Source: an uncultured Eubacteriaceae bacterium
GTDB taxonomy: Bacteria > Bacillota > Clostridia > Eubacteriales > UBA1433
Reading direction: 5' to 3'
Length of the DNA stretch: 64,000 bases
NCBI GenBank assembly: GCA_964533615.1
Contig: CAZHMK010000001.1
Coordinates: 138,156-202,155 of the forward strand
The position numbers were made by a program, and so were the translations under genes. How positions within the stretch are numbered: the first letter of the stretch is position 1; the number at the start of each line of letters is the position of its first letter. A model generated the notes under the pieces. It was given only the letters and a program-made list of their open reading frames with translations, ran no database searches and was not told the DNA's origin. This document shows, piece by piece, positions 9,346 through 18,070 of this stretch.

Positions 9346-10683
9346 TTATTTTTGATTATTTTTGTTATCTAAAGTTTGTAAGTGCTTTCGTATTACCTCT
9401 TCATAGCCTATACTTTTAGGATAATAATATTTTTTATCTCGGACATCTTTTGGGAGATACTCCTGTGCAACATATCCATTCTCATAATTATGCGGATACT
9501 TATATTCTATTCCATATCCAAATTTTTCTTTATTTTTATATGAGCTATCTCTTAGATGCATGGGCACCGTAGCATCTATTCCATTTTGAATATCCGCCAA
9601 AGCATTTTCTATTGCAAGATAACATGCATTCGATTTTGGCGCACATGACAAATATATTGCTGCTTGAGATAGAATTATTCTTGCTTCAGGGAGCCCAACG
9701 ATACTCGCCGCATTAAATGCATTTACTGCTATATTTAATGCATTTATATCGGCATTACCTACATCTTCTGATGCAAATATAATCATACGTCTGGCAATAA
9801 ACTTTATCTCTTCTCCGACTGTTAACATTTTAGCGAGGTAAAATACTGCCGCATCCGGGTTGCTTCCTCGCATGCTTTTTATAAATGCAGATATGGTATC
9901 ATAATGATTATCCCCATCTTTATCGTATAACAGCATTCTTTTTTGTGCACATTCTTGCGCTGTTTTTAAATCAATAACGGTATTATTTTTTGAATCAACC
10001 TCTGTAGTAAGAACAGCAAGTTCTAAAAGGTTGAGCGCACTTCTCGTATCGCCGGAAGATATTTGTGCAATATATCTTGTAGCCTTCTTATCTAACATCA
10101 CACTATAATTCCCGTACCCGTTTATTTTATCGCTTATAGCCCGATAGAGGATTTTTTCTATATCTTGCTGTGTTAATTCTTTTAATACAAAGACTGTTAA
10201 CCTTGATATCAGAGGAGAATTTATTTCAAAATATGGATTTTCGGTTGTTGCTCCTATAATAATGACCACTCCGTCTTCAACGTAAGGCAGCAGCGCATCC
10301 TGCTGTGCAGTATTAAATCTATGAATCTCGTCAATAAATAAAATCGTTTTTTTATTGGAAAACTTTTTTGTATTTACAGCACTTTCGATTGCCAGCCGAA
10401 TATCTTTCACACCCGAGGCCGTTGCATTTAATGTTAAAAATTCACAGTCTGTGCTTTTTGAAATTACATAAGCAAGCGTTGTTTTTCCGCTTCCCGGAGG
10501 GCCATACAATATCATGCTTGAAATCATATCCGATTCAATCATCCGTCTTAAGGTTTTGCCTTTGCTTAACAGATGATCTTGTCCGACTATTTCAGCAACA
10601 TTTTGCGGTCTCATTCTGCTTGCCAGCGGCCTTGCTTTATTATTTTCTTGAGAATTATTAAAAAAACTTGTTTGCTCTCTCAT
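9346..10683 (-). CDS. rarA: Replication-associated recombination protein A (AAA+ ATPase)
   Basis: GPPGSGKTT Walker A, FIDEIHRFN Walker B, and a conserved MgsA C-terminal region (DAAVFYLAKML). Confidence 0.92.
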   Translation of the reverse strand: MREQTSFFNNSQENNKARPLASRMRPQNVAEIVGQDHLLSKGKTLRRMIESDMISSMILYGPPGSGKTTLAYVISKSTDCEFLTLNATASGVKDIRLAIESAVNTKKFSNKKTILFIDEIHRFNTAQQDALLPYVEDGVVIIIGATTENPYFEINSPLISRLTVFVLKELTQQDIEKILYRAISDKINGYGNYSVMLDKKATRYIAQISSGDTRSALNLLELAVLTTEVDSKNNTVIDLKTAQECAQKRMLLYDKDGDNHYDTISAFIKSMRGSNPDAAVFYLAKMLTVGEEIKFIARRMIIFASEDVGNADINALNIAVNAFNAASIVGLPEARIILSQAAIYLSCAPKSNACYLAIENALADIQNGIDATVPMHLRDSSYKNKEKFGYGIEYKYPHNYENGYVAQEYLPKDVRDKKYYYPKSIGYEEVIRKHLQTLDNKNNQK

Positions 10684-10686
10684 AAT

Positions 10687-11724
10687 TTAATTTAACTCTT
10701 CATTTAGTACTTGTATTGTTTTTCTTACATCATCTTCATCTACATCTCTGTGAAACACAAAACGCATTTTATTGCTGCCATAATCACCATTTACTAAAAT
10801 ATTTCTTCTTTTTAATATTTTACTGACATCATATCCGTCTAACGATGTATTTTCTAAGGTGATATTGACCATATTAGTCTGTACTGTTTTTCTATCTATA
10901 TTTATATTTTTATGGTTATATAGCTCATTCATAAAAAAAATAGATTTTTCATGATCTTTATAAAGCAGTGACGGCATCGTCTTTAATGCATATAATCCTG
11001 CTGACGCTAATATTCCTGCCTGACGCATAGCTCCGCCCAGCATTTTACGAATTTTCATTGCTTTATTAATAAATTCTTCATTTCCGCAAATAATGCTTCC
11101 CACTGGAGCCCCCAGCCCTTTTGAAAGACAAAACATAACACTATGTGAATATTTTGCAATTTCCTTCACATCTACATTTAAAGCAGCGGCGGCATTAAAA
11201 ATGCGTGCTCCGTCTAAATGCACTTTGATATCATTTTCTCGGGCTATTTCATATATTTTTCCCATATGCTCAAGTTCAAGGACTATGCCCCCTGAAACAT
11301 TATGTGTATTTTCGACACAAATTAATGTAGTTTTTGCATGATGCAAATCCCCTTGCTGAATATTTTTTTTAACTTTATCAGTATCCATGGCACCATTTGG
11401 CCCGTCAATAATTTTCGTCAAAATGTTTGATATTAGTGCAGCCGCACCGGCCTCGTATACAAAAATATGTGATTTAGTATGCAATATTATTTCATCTGCA
11501 GGGTTTGTATGTGTTTTTATACATATTTGATTACCCATTGTACCACTGGGAACAAAAAGCGCTTTTTCTTTCCCCATGATCTCGGCAGCATAACGTTCTA
11601 ATTCATTGACTGAATCGTCATCTTTATAAACATCATCCCCTACTTTTGCTTTAGCCATCACGGCTCTCATTTCATTCGTAGGCTTTGTGACAGTATCACT
11701 TCTTAGGTCAATTATTTCGTGCAT
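10687..11724 (-). CDS. ltaE: Low-specificity L-threonine aldolase (PLP-dependent)
   Basis: IDLRSDTVTKPT...DDVY N-terminus, SGTMGNQ, and the CLSKGLGAPVGS lysine region. Confidence 0.85.
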   Translation of the reverse strand: MHEIIDLRSDTVTKPTNEMRAVMAKAKVGDDVYKDDDSVNELERYAAEIMGKEKALFVPSGTMGNQICIKTHTNPADEIILHTKSHIFVYEAGAAALISNILTKIIDGPNGAMDTDKVKKNIQQGDLHHAKTTLICVENTHNVSGGIVLELEHMGKIYEIARENDIKVHLDGARIFNAAAALNVDVKEIAKYSHSVMFCLSKGLGAPVGSIICGNEEFINKAMKIRKMLGGAMRQAGILASAGLYALKTMPSLLYKDHEKSIFFMNELYNHKNINIDRKTVQTNMVNITLENTSLDGYDVSKILKRRNILVNGDYGSNKMRFVFHRDVDEDDVRKTIQVLNEELN

Positions 11725-13742
11725 ATTTGCGCTCCTTTATTTTCTATATAAGCAATTTCTTCATTCGTTAAATCAAATAATTTATAGACAAAAGTATTTA
11801 TTTCATTTAAATTATTTAAATATTCATCAGTATCTACACTATAATTAATCTGCCTGTATGCTTTTTTAATATTTTCATTACTGATGCCCACGATTGGTAT
11901 TTTCAATTTTAATATATCCTCCGGAGAATATTCATATCGCTTTTTACTTAATTTTTTTGCAAATGTTTTATAATAAAAATCATATAATCCACTGTTTAGC
12001 AATATACATAAATATTCGTAACTAATGTTATATGCATGACTTTTTAATGTGAGTGCATATACATCGGCGCTAAAATAACTACCTTTACTATCAAGTGCAA
12101 AACGATTTTTTTCAGCTTTGCATGAATAGATTATCTTTGGCATTTGAAATACTTCTTTAGTCCTTCCCCATTGCAAGTAATACCAAGGCAATTTCCCATT
12201 TATGCATTCACGGCGTTGCAACAATTTTTTTTGATATTGTGTTAGATATTTGATTTCATTGATATTTTTATTAATCTCTAAATCATTGGAATATAATAAG
12301 ACAAAATTGTTCGGTTTTATGTAATAATTATCTATATCGCTGCTTTTTATCCAAGGCTTGATAAATTGTTGATCAAATTTTTTTAGTTTTTCATCATTTT
12401 TTATAAAAACAAAAGCTTTGTCAAATCCTGTTATAACACCTTGATGAACATTTAAGATATCTTTTAATTGAATTAAACTTTTACTTTCAATTTTCTCTCT
12501 TATCCTGTTACTAGTTTCATCTATGAACAAGAAAATTTTTGGCTTTAATTTCTTGCTTGCATAATAAAATTTTTCAAAATAATCTGTTTCGACTTCGCCA
12601 TTAAAAGCTCTAAATAAATTTGCTGTCGAAATTTTTTCACATCTATCAATAATTGCTCTTCTGACCAATATATTCTTCTCTCTGCCACTTTGAACATTTT
12701 CAAGAGAAATTATAGCAGATTTCGTATTTGCATTTTGTATAATTTTTATACCTGAAAAATCAATAATATGATTTATTCTGAAATTATCTAAAAGTATCTC
12801 TCTTAAGTAATAAAAATGCTTAAATTCTAAAAAATTTCTGTTTATTATACAACAAATACTACCATTATTCTTAAGCAGCTGCTTCATTTTTTTGAAAAGA
12901 CAATTATAAAAAATGTTTGTATTTGTCAAATCTTCGTTATATTTTTCTATAAAAAAATTAATTTCTTTTTTATTATACTGTTCAACTCTCTTTTCTGGCA
13001 AATAGGTTAATATTATATCGAACATATTTTTAGCATACAATTCTTCAAGTAAGATATCACCACATATTATTTTTTTACTAAAATATATTTTTTTATTTTT
13101 TAAACTTAAGATAAGTTTAACACATATCACTGCTATATCATTTATTTCGCAAGCATATAGATTATAGTCTAAAATAAATTTATGTTTTTCATAAGGTTCC
13201 AAATTTAAGTTTAGTTTTTCATAGAACATATCATACATTTTTAATACAAAACTGCCGTTCCCGCAAGCAGGATCTAAAAATTTCGTGTCTTTGTTTATCT
13301 GTACATTTACAAGATTAAACATTGTATCAGAAATATAATTTGGAATATAGACTATATCTTCTTTTTTTTTGTGTTGAATATTATATAAATTTACATATAT
13401 ATAGCATAGTTTCTCTAAAGAATTATAATCAAACCAACGTTTCTGCATCAGCAACTCTGTTATGAGTTTTGAATCGGCGTAAGAAATCCTCACAGGATAG
13501 TCATCAATCTCATTATTTTCTTCGTGTATTATATATTCTAAAATACCAGAAATCGAAAAGTTTTGAAATAAATCGATTAATTTATCTTTTGATACATCAA
13601 TAAATTCATTATCGATAAGATATTTTAAATAAAATATTTTAAAAACATTTAAATTTATAAATTTTTCTTTGACATAGCTATTTTTTAATACTATTTGTTT
13701 TAATTCAATGATAATTTTTTTATAATTTATCATTTTTTTCAT
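11712..13742 (-). CDS. Eco57I/TaqI-like gamma-class N6-adenine DNA methyltransferase homologue lacking catalytic motif IV
   Basis: YIPNYISDTM, motif I LDPACGNGSFV, and a TaqI_C-like C-terminal half (IKPWIKSSDIDNY, LPWYYLQWGR). The motif IV position reads FDIILTYLPE (12993-13022) instead of FD...(G)NPPY. The start may be the 4th codon (13733), which has better RBS spacing. Confidence 0.7.
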   Translation of the reverse strand: MKKMINYKKIIIELKQIVLKNSYVKEKFINLNVFKIFYLKYLIDNEFIDVSKDKLIDLFQNFSISGILEYIIHEENNEIDDYPVRISYADSKLITELLMQKRWFDYNSLEKLCYIYVNLYNIQHKKKEDIVYIPNYISDTMFNLVNVQINKDTKFLDPACGNGSFVLKMYDMFYEKLNLNLEPYEKHKFILDYNLYACEINDIAVICVKLILSLKNKKIYFSKKIICGDILLEELYAKNMFDIILTYLPEKRVEQYNKKEINFFIEKYNEDLTNTNIFYNCLFKKMKQLLKNNGSICCIINRNFLEFKHFYYLREILLDNFRINHIIDFSGIKIIQNANTKSAIISLENVQSGREKNILVRRAIIDRCEKISTANLFRAFNGEVETDYFEKFYYASKKLKPKIFLFIDETSNRIREKIESKSLIQLKDILNVHQGVITGFDKAFVFIKNDEKLKKFDQQFIKPWIKSSDIDNYYIKPNNFVLLYSNDLEINKNINEIKYLTQYQKKLLQRRECINGKLPWYYLQWGRTKEVFQMPKIIYSCKAEKNRFALDSKGSYFSADVYALTLKSHAYNISYEYLCILLNSGLYDFYYKTFAKKLSKKRYEYSPEDILKLKIPIVGISNENIKKAYRQINYSVDTDEYLNNLNEINTFVYKLFDLTNEEIAYIENKGAQICTK

Positions 13743-13926
13743 CCTTATTCATATTATCATTCAATTTTCTTAATTCAATTGCGAAAATTTTTAAATAAGA
13801 AAAAAAGTCATCCATTTTATTTTTTATATATAAAAGTAACCATATACATATAATCAAAATTATAAATATTAAAATTGGGTTCATTCGAATTACTAAACTA
13901 ACAAAATTATCAAGAACATTATTCAT
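13720..13926 (-). CDS. Small single-pass membrane protein (68 aa)
   Basis: GAGGTG Shine-Dalgarno 5 nt before the ATG. One hydrophobic helix (ILIFIILIICIWLLLYI) and a charged C-terminal tail. It overlaps the downstream methyltransferase-like ORF by 23 nt. Confidence 0.5.
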   Translation of the reverse strand: MNNVLDNFVSLVIRMNPILIFIILIICIWLLLYIKNKMDDFFSYLKIFAIELRKLNDNMNKDEKNDKL

Positions 13927-14037
13927 AAGAACACCTCGGATATTACTTAATAGTATATTTTACACTATTTTTGACGAAATATAAATATTTAAAATTCGTT
14001 TGAGCATTATTCATGTAAAACGGTTCATAATATTATC

Positions 14038-14670
14038 ATGGCAATTATATTTATTAGATTATTAATTATGTATTTATTAATATTTATTTTGTTGCGTCTA
14101 ATGGGAAAACGCCAAATAGGAGATATGCAACCATTTGAACTTGTTGTGACCTTAATGATTGCACAAGTCGCAAGTGAGCCTATCATCAGCGTAGAAACTC
14201 CATTACTACACGGCTTTATCCCGGTGGTTTTGTTGTTTTTTATTGAAAGCATTATTTCATTTTTTTCATTGAAATCAAAAAATTTTAAAAAAATTATTAT
14301 TGGTTCCCCATCTTATCTTATTAAAAACGGAAAAATAGATTATAGACAAATGAAAAAATTGCGAATTGATGTTGAAGATATCATTGAACTTATACGTAAC
14401 TCAGGCGAAATGGAGTTATCTAATGTGCGTCATCTTATACTTGAGACCAATGGCAAGCCCAGCGTAATTACCAATAAAAAATCTTTGCCTGATATCATTA
14501 TAGCAGACGGCAGATTTATCCGCGATATTAAAGGCAGACGAGGAGATACTACACTTAAAAAACTAAACGATGAGCTAAGAAAAGTTAACATTAATAATAT
14601 ATCACAAATAATTTTAGCTTATGAATTTGATTACAAGATTTATATTTTTGCCAAAGAGGAATTAATCTGA
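14038..14670 (+). CDS. DUF421 (YetF-like) membrane protein
   Basis: N-terminal pattern LRLMGKRQIGDMQPFELVVTLMIAQVA is typical of DUF421/YetF proteins. Confidence 0.8.
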   Translation: MAIIFIRLLIMYLLIFILLRLMGKRQIGDMQPFELVVTLMIAQVASEPIISVETPLLHGFIPVVLLFFIESIISFFSLKSKNFKKIIIGSPSYLIKNGKIDYRQMKKLRIDVEDIIELIRNSGEMELSNVRHLILETNGKPSVITNKKSLPDIIIADGRFIRDIKGRRGDTTLKKLNDELRKVNINNISQIILAYEFDYKIYIFAKEELI

Positions 14671-15050
14671 TGCGGAATTTAATTGTTTCTATTTTTCTTA
14701 TCATTTTTATTATTATGATAAATATATTTATCAATCAATATATTAAAAGTAGTTATGCTAGCTTTAATGAATTGGGAAACGAATATATTTATAACCTTGA
14801 AGAAGAAAACTGGGTTGACGCAGCAAAAAATCTTAAAGAAATGCAGGGAAAATGGGAAAAGACAGAACATTATTTGAAGTTAGTTGTAAATCATGAAGCG
14901 GTAGAATCTATAGGTGCAAATTTTAAAATTTCAGAAATATATTTAAACAAGAAAGAAGCAGCTTTTGCAGCTGCGCAATGCAAAGAACTTTTGCATTTTT
15001 TAGAACACTTACATGAAAGCGAGCAGATAAATAGAGATAATATTTTTTAG
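14670..15050 (+). CDS. DUF4363-like protein
   Basis: The ATG overlaps the preceding TGA (TGATG). N-terminal anchor plus helical domain. DUF421-DUF4363 is a recurrent Firmicute gene pair. Confidence 0.6.
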   Translation: MRNLIVSIFLIIFIIMINIFINQYIKSSYASFNELGNEYIYNLEEENWVDAAKNLKEMQGKWEKTEHYLKLVVNHEAVESIGANFKISEIYLNKKEAAFAAAQCKELLHFLEHLHESEQINRDNIF

Positions 15051-15068
15051 AATTTAAAATGCCGTTGT

Positions 15069-15404
15069 TTAACGTATAAAAACCAATTGGATCAAAATCA
15101 TATACACAGCAGTCCCCAGACCTATACTAAGCAAATTATTTCTCTTTAAAATATGAACAATAATAACAACAGCAACCGATATTAGTTCCGGTAAAAATCC
15201 GCTTACTGTTTCAAACTCTACTAACCTTAGGCTGTAGATAATCAATATTGCCATAACAGCTTGAGGCAAAATATTTCCCAAATATGCAATGGATTTTGGA
15301 AGCTCCTTTTTTTGTTTGCCAAATAATATAAAGGGCAACCATCTTATCAAAAAAGTCGCTATTCCTGCTATTAAAACAATACTCATCGCGTACACAGAAT
15401 CCAT
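15069..15404 (-). CDS. azlD: Branched-chain amino acid transport protein AzlD
   Basis: 111-aa polytopic membrane protein immediately downstream of an AzlC-like gene. Confidence 0.75.
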   Translation of the reverse strand: MDSVYAMSIVLIAGIATFLIRWLPFILFGKQKKELPKSIAYLGNILPQAVMAILIIYSLRLVEFETVSGFLPELISVAVVIIVHILKRNNLLSIGLGTAVYMILIQLVFIR

Positions 15405-15406
15405 GT

Positions 15407-16099
15407 TTATTGTGTGTTTCCTTTGAGCTTAAATTGTTTTATCGCTAAGAGTACAATTGATGAAATAAAAAGAGCAGGCAGTATGAAATTGTCAATATTA
15501 AATAAAAAAACAGCAATGATACTACTTATAAATCCAATAATAGCCGGAAGCATATTTTTAGTCGATAAAATTTGTTCAAGCAGTATAATAATAAATAAAG
15601 CCGTCATTGCAAACTCTATACCCTGAGCATTAAAAGGTATGATATCTCCTATAAATGCCCCAATAAAAGAGCCTGCGATCCAATATATTTGATTAAAAAA
15701 AGAAATTAAAAACAAAAGATGGTCGTTTTCATACAAATCTTTATCATTTTTTAACGAATATAATAAAGAATATGTTTCATCCGTGAGTGCAAAAATCATA
15801 TACCACTTTTTTTTACCCATACTTTTAAATCGATTTATAAAAGAAATTCCGCAAAACATATAGCGGCTGTTTACCGCTATGGATGTTATTAATACGGAAA
15901 AGACACTGACCGGATTTATTAAAAAAGATACCAGAACAAACTGCAGCGATCCTGAATAAACAATTCCGCTTATAAATATTGCCCATATCCAAGAATAACC
16001 AGCATTATCAAGCAAAAGACCAAATGCAATTCCAACAAAAAGATATCCAAAAAAGATAGGCAAAGTGTTTTTGATTGTAATTTTAAAAATATTTTTCAC
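15407..16099 (-). CDS. azlC: AzlC-family branched-chain amino acid permease component
   Basis: 230-aa polytopic membrane protein with AzlC-like sequence (GIAFGLL..., LTDETY). Confidence 0.8.
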   Translation of the reverse strand: MKNIFKITIKNTLPIFFGYLFVGIAFGLLLDNAGYSWIWAIFISGIVYSGSLQFVLVSFLINPVSVFSVLITSIAVNSRYMFCGISFINRFKSMGKKKWYMIFALTDETYSLLYSLKNDKDLYENDHLLFLISFFNQIYWIAGSFIGAFIGDIIPFNAQGIEFAMTALFIIILLEQILSTKNMLPAIIGFISSIIAVFLFNIDNFILPALFISSIVLLAIKQFKLKGNTQ

Positions 16100-16665
16100 T
16101 ATAGCTCTTCTTCATTTTCTTTGTTTTTTGTTTCTTCTTCAATTAATTGATTAAATTCCTCAAAATCTGGCAGCTGCGATAATTCACTAATACCAGAAAA
16201 TAATAAAAATCGATCTGTTGTTTCAAACATAACCGGTTTGCCTATCACATCTTTTCTGCCTGCTTCTTTAATTAATCCTCTATCCGCTAGATTTCTCACC
16301 GAAGAATCGGAATTCACTCCCCTGATCGCTTCTATTTCCGGTCTTGTTACCGGCTGTTTATATGCAATTATTGTAAGTGTCTCTAACGAAGCTTGAGATA
16401 GTTTTGTTGATATGTACTCTTTAAATAATGATTGTACAAAGTCATAATATTGCGCTCTGGTAGTCATTTGATATTTACTTCCAAGGTTCACAATACAAAT
16501 ACCTCGCATGTTATAGTCGGCTTCCTGTATTAATTCATCTATAGCCTCCTCAACCAATTCTTGATCTGCCTTTGTTATTTCGCATATCACATCTATTCCT
16601 AGCGGTTCCCCGTATGCGAATAACATGGCTTCTATTACTTTTTTCAACTGCTCTTTATCCATCAA
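16099..16665 (-). CDS. scpB: Segregation and condensation protein B
   Basis: IEAMLFAYGEPL..., YKQPVTRPEIEAIRGV, GRKDVIGKP motifs. Confidence 0.9.
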   Translation of the reverse strand: MMDKEQLKKVIEAMLFAYGEPLGIDVICEITKADQELVEEAIDELIQEADYNMRGICIVNLGSKYQMTTRAQYYDFVQSLFKEYISTKLSQASLETLTIIAYKQPVTRPEIEAIRGVNSDSSVRNLADRGLIKEAGRKDVIGKPVMFETTDRFLLFSGISELSQLPDFEEFNQLIEEETKNKENEEEL

Positions 16666-17393
16666 TATTCTCCAATTAAAGAAACGATTATAATGTCTTC
16701 AAAATTACCGGCCTGCTCTAAAGTAACAATATTTTGTTTCATTAATTCCAGCACTGCCAAAAACAACGTAATACTATGATATATATTATCTTGTGTTTTT
16801 AAAAGCTCGTTGAAGCTTATCATACTATTATCAATTAGAGCATTCCTAACCTCTTTAATTTTTTCTACTATGGTAACCTTATCTTTTTGCATATTTTCAT
16901 AATTCGTTAGTTTATCCGATGCCAGCATTCTTTCAGCTATAAATCTTTTCATTATTTTGGATAAATCATCTGTACTTATATCCATACTTTCAGGTTCTAT
17001 AATTAATGCCTGAAGATACATCGGATCTTTTGTAAAAGTATGTAGATATGACTCCTGTCCTTTAGCTATATATGTACTAATTTCTTTAAAAATTTTATAC
17101 TCTAGTAATTTTTGAGCAAGCTCTTCTCTGGGATCATTTTCTTCTTCAGACTCATTTTCCGGAGCCGGAAGCAGCATTTTAGATTTAATTTCTAAAAGCT
17201 GCGCTGCCATAAGTATAAATTCAGTCGCAATTTCTAAATTCATGTCCTGCCAATTGTAAATATAGTCCATATATTGCTGAGTAATACTTTCAATCGGTAT
17301 ATCATAAATATCGATTTCGTCTTTTTGAATTAAATGTAATAATAAATCTAATGGTCCTTCAAAATTTTTTGTGTTAATATTATAACTATTCAT
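16662..17393 (-). CDS. scpA: Segregation and condensation protein A (kleisin)
   Basis: FEGPLDLLLHLIQKDEIDIYDIPI N-terminus. Overlaps scpB by 4 nt. Confidence 0.9.
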   Translation of the reverse strand: MNSYNINTKNFEGPLDLLLHLIQKDEIDIYDIPIESITQQYMDYIYNWQDMNLEIATEFILMAAQLLEIKSKMLLPAPENESEEENDPREELAQKLLEYKIFKEISTYIAKGQESYLHTFTKDPMYLQALIIEPESMDISTDDLSKIMKRFIAERMLASDKLTNYENMQKDKVTIVEKIKEVRNALIDNSMISFNELLKTQDNIYHSITLFLAVLELMKQNIVTLEQAGNFEDIIIVSLIGEY

Positions 17394-18040
17394 TAAAACC
17401 CTAAAATTTTATACATAATATTAAAAATAATATTTGCCAGTCCACTTCCAAGAACATTCATGATTTTAACAACGACTTGAGTAATAATCAAAATCAGTAA
17501 TATAAAATACATTTGTCTCTCATATTGATAAAATTTATATTCTAATTTTTCCGGTAGAAAAGCAGCTAAAACCTTTGAGCCGTCTAACGGCGGCAAAGGA
17601 AGCAGATTGAACACACATAAAAATATATTATATATAAAAATATAATAAATAATATTCAAAAAAATATTAAATGTCTCAGATACAGATGAATAAAATATCT
17701 TTATCAACAATAAATATATAAATACTGCAATAACAGCTATTAACAAATTCATTACAGGTCCTGCGGCAGCAGATAACAGCATCCCTTTTTTTCGGTTTTT
17801 AAACTTATCAGGATTGATTCCTACCGGTTTCGCCCAACCAAATCCTAATAAAACAAGACATATCGTTCCAAAAAGATCTAAATGCACAAAGGGATTTATA
17901 CTCAGCCTTCCCATATTTTTAGCTGTATCGTCTCCAAGCTTATAGCTCACATAAGCGTGTGCATATTCATGCATAGAGATTGCGATTAACAATGCAGGTA
18001 CAGAATATAATATTCTCTGTAGATTAAATATATTATCCAA
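17393..18040 (-). CDS. Site-2 protease family (M50) membrane metalloprotease
   Basis: HEYAHAY zinc motif and NLLPLPPLDGSKV motif. 215 aa, polytopic. Confidence 0.85.
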   Translation of the reverse strand: MDNIFNLQRILYSVPALLIAISMHEYAHAYVSYKLGDDTAKNMGRLSINPFVHLDLFGTICLVLLGFGWAKPVGINPDKFKNRKKGMLLSAAAGPVMNLLIAVIAVFIYLLLIKIFYSSVSETFNIFLNIIYYIFIYNIFLCVFNLLPLPPLDGSKVLAAFLPEKLEYKFYQYERQMYFILLILIITQVVVKIMNVLGSGLANIIFNIMYKILGF

Positions 18041-18070
18041 TATATTGTCTCCTTATAATAGAAGATAAAA

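Noticed and set aside
11712-13742. Reading the methyltransferase-like gene as part of a restriction-modification, BREX or DISARM-type defence locus.
   Set aside because: There is no endonuclease, helicase, specificity subunit, PglZ or other partner gene on either side. The neighbours are ltaE and a DUF421 gene. The catalytic motif also appears to be missing. It is reported instead as an orphan, possibly non-catalytic homologue.
14025-14252. 75-aa minus-strand ORF opposite the DUF421 gene start, and 14679-14870 opposite the DUF4363 gene.
   Set aside because: These are shadow ORFs antisense to recognisable family members.
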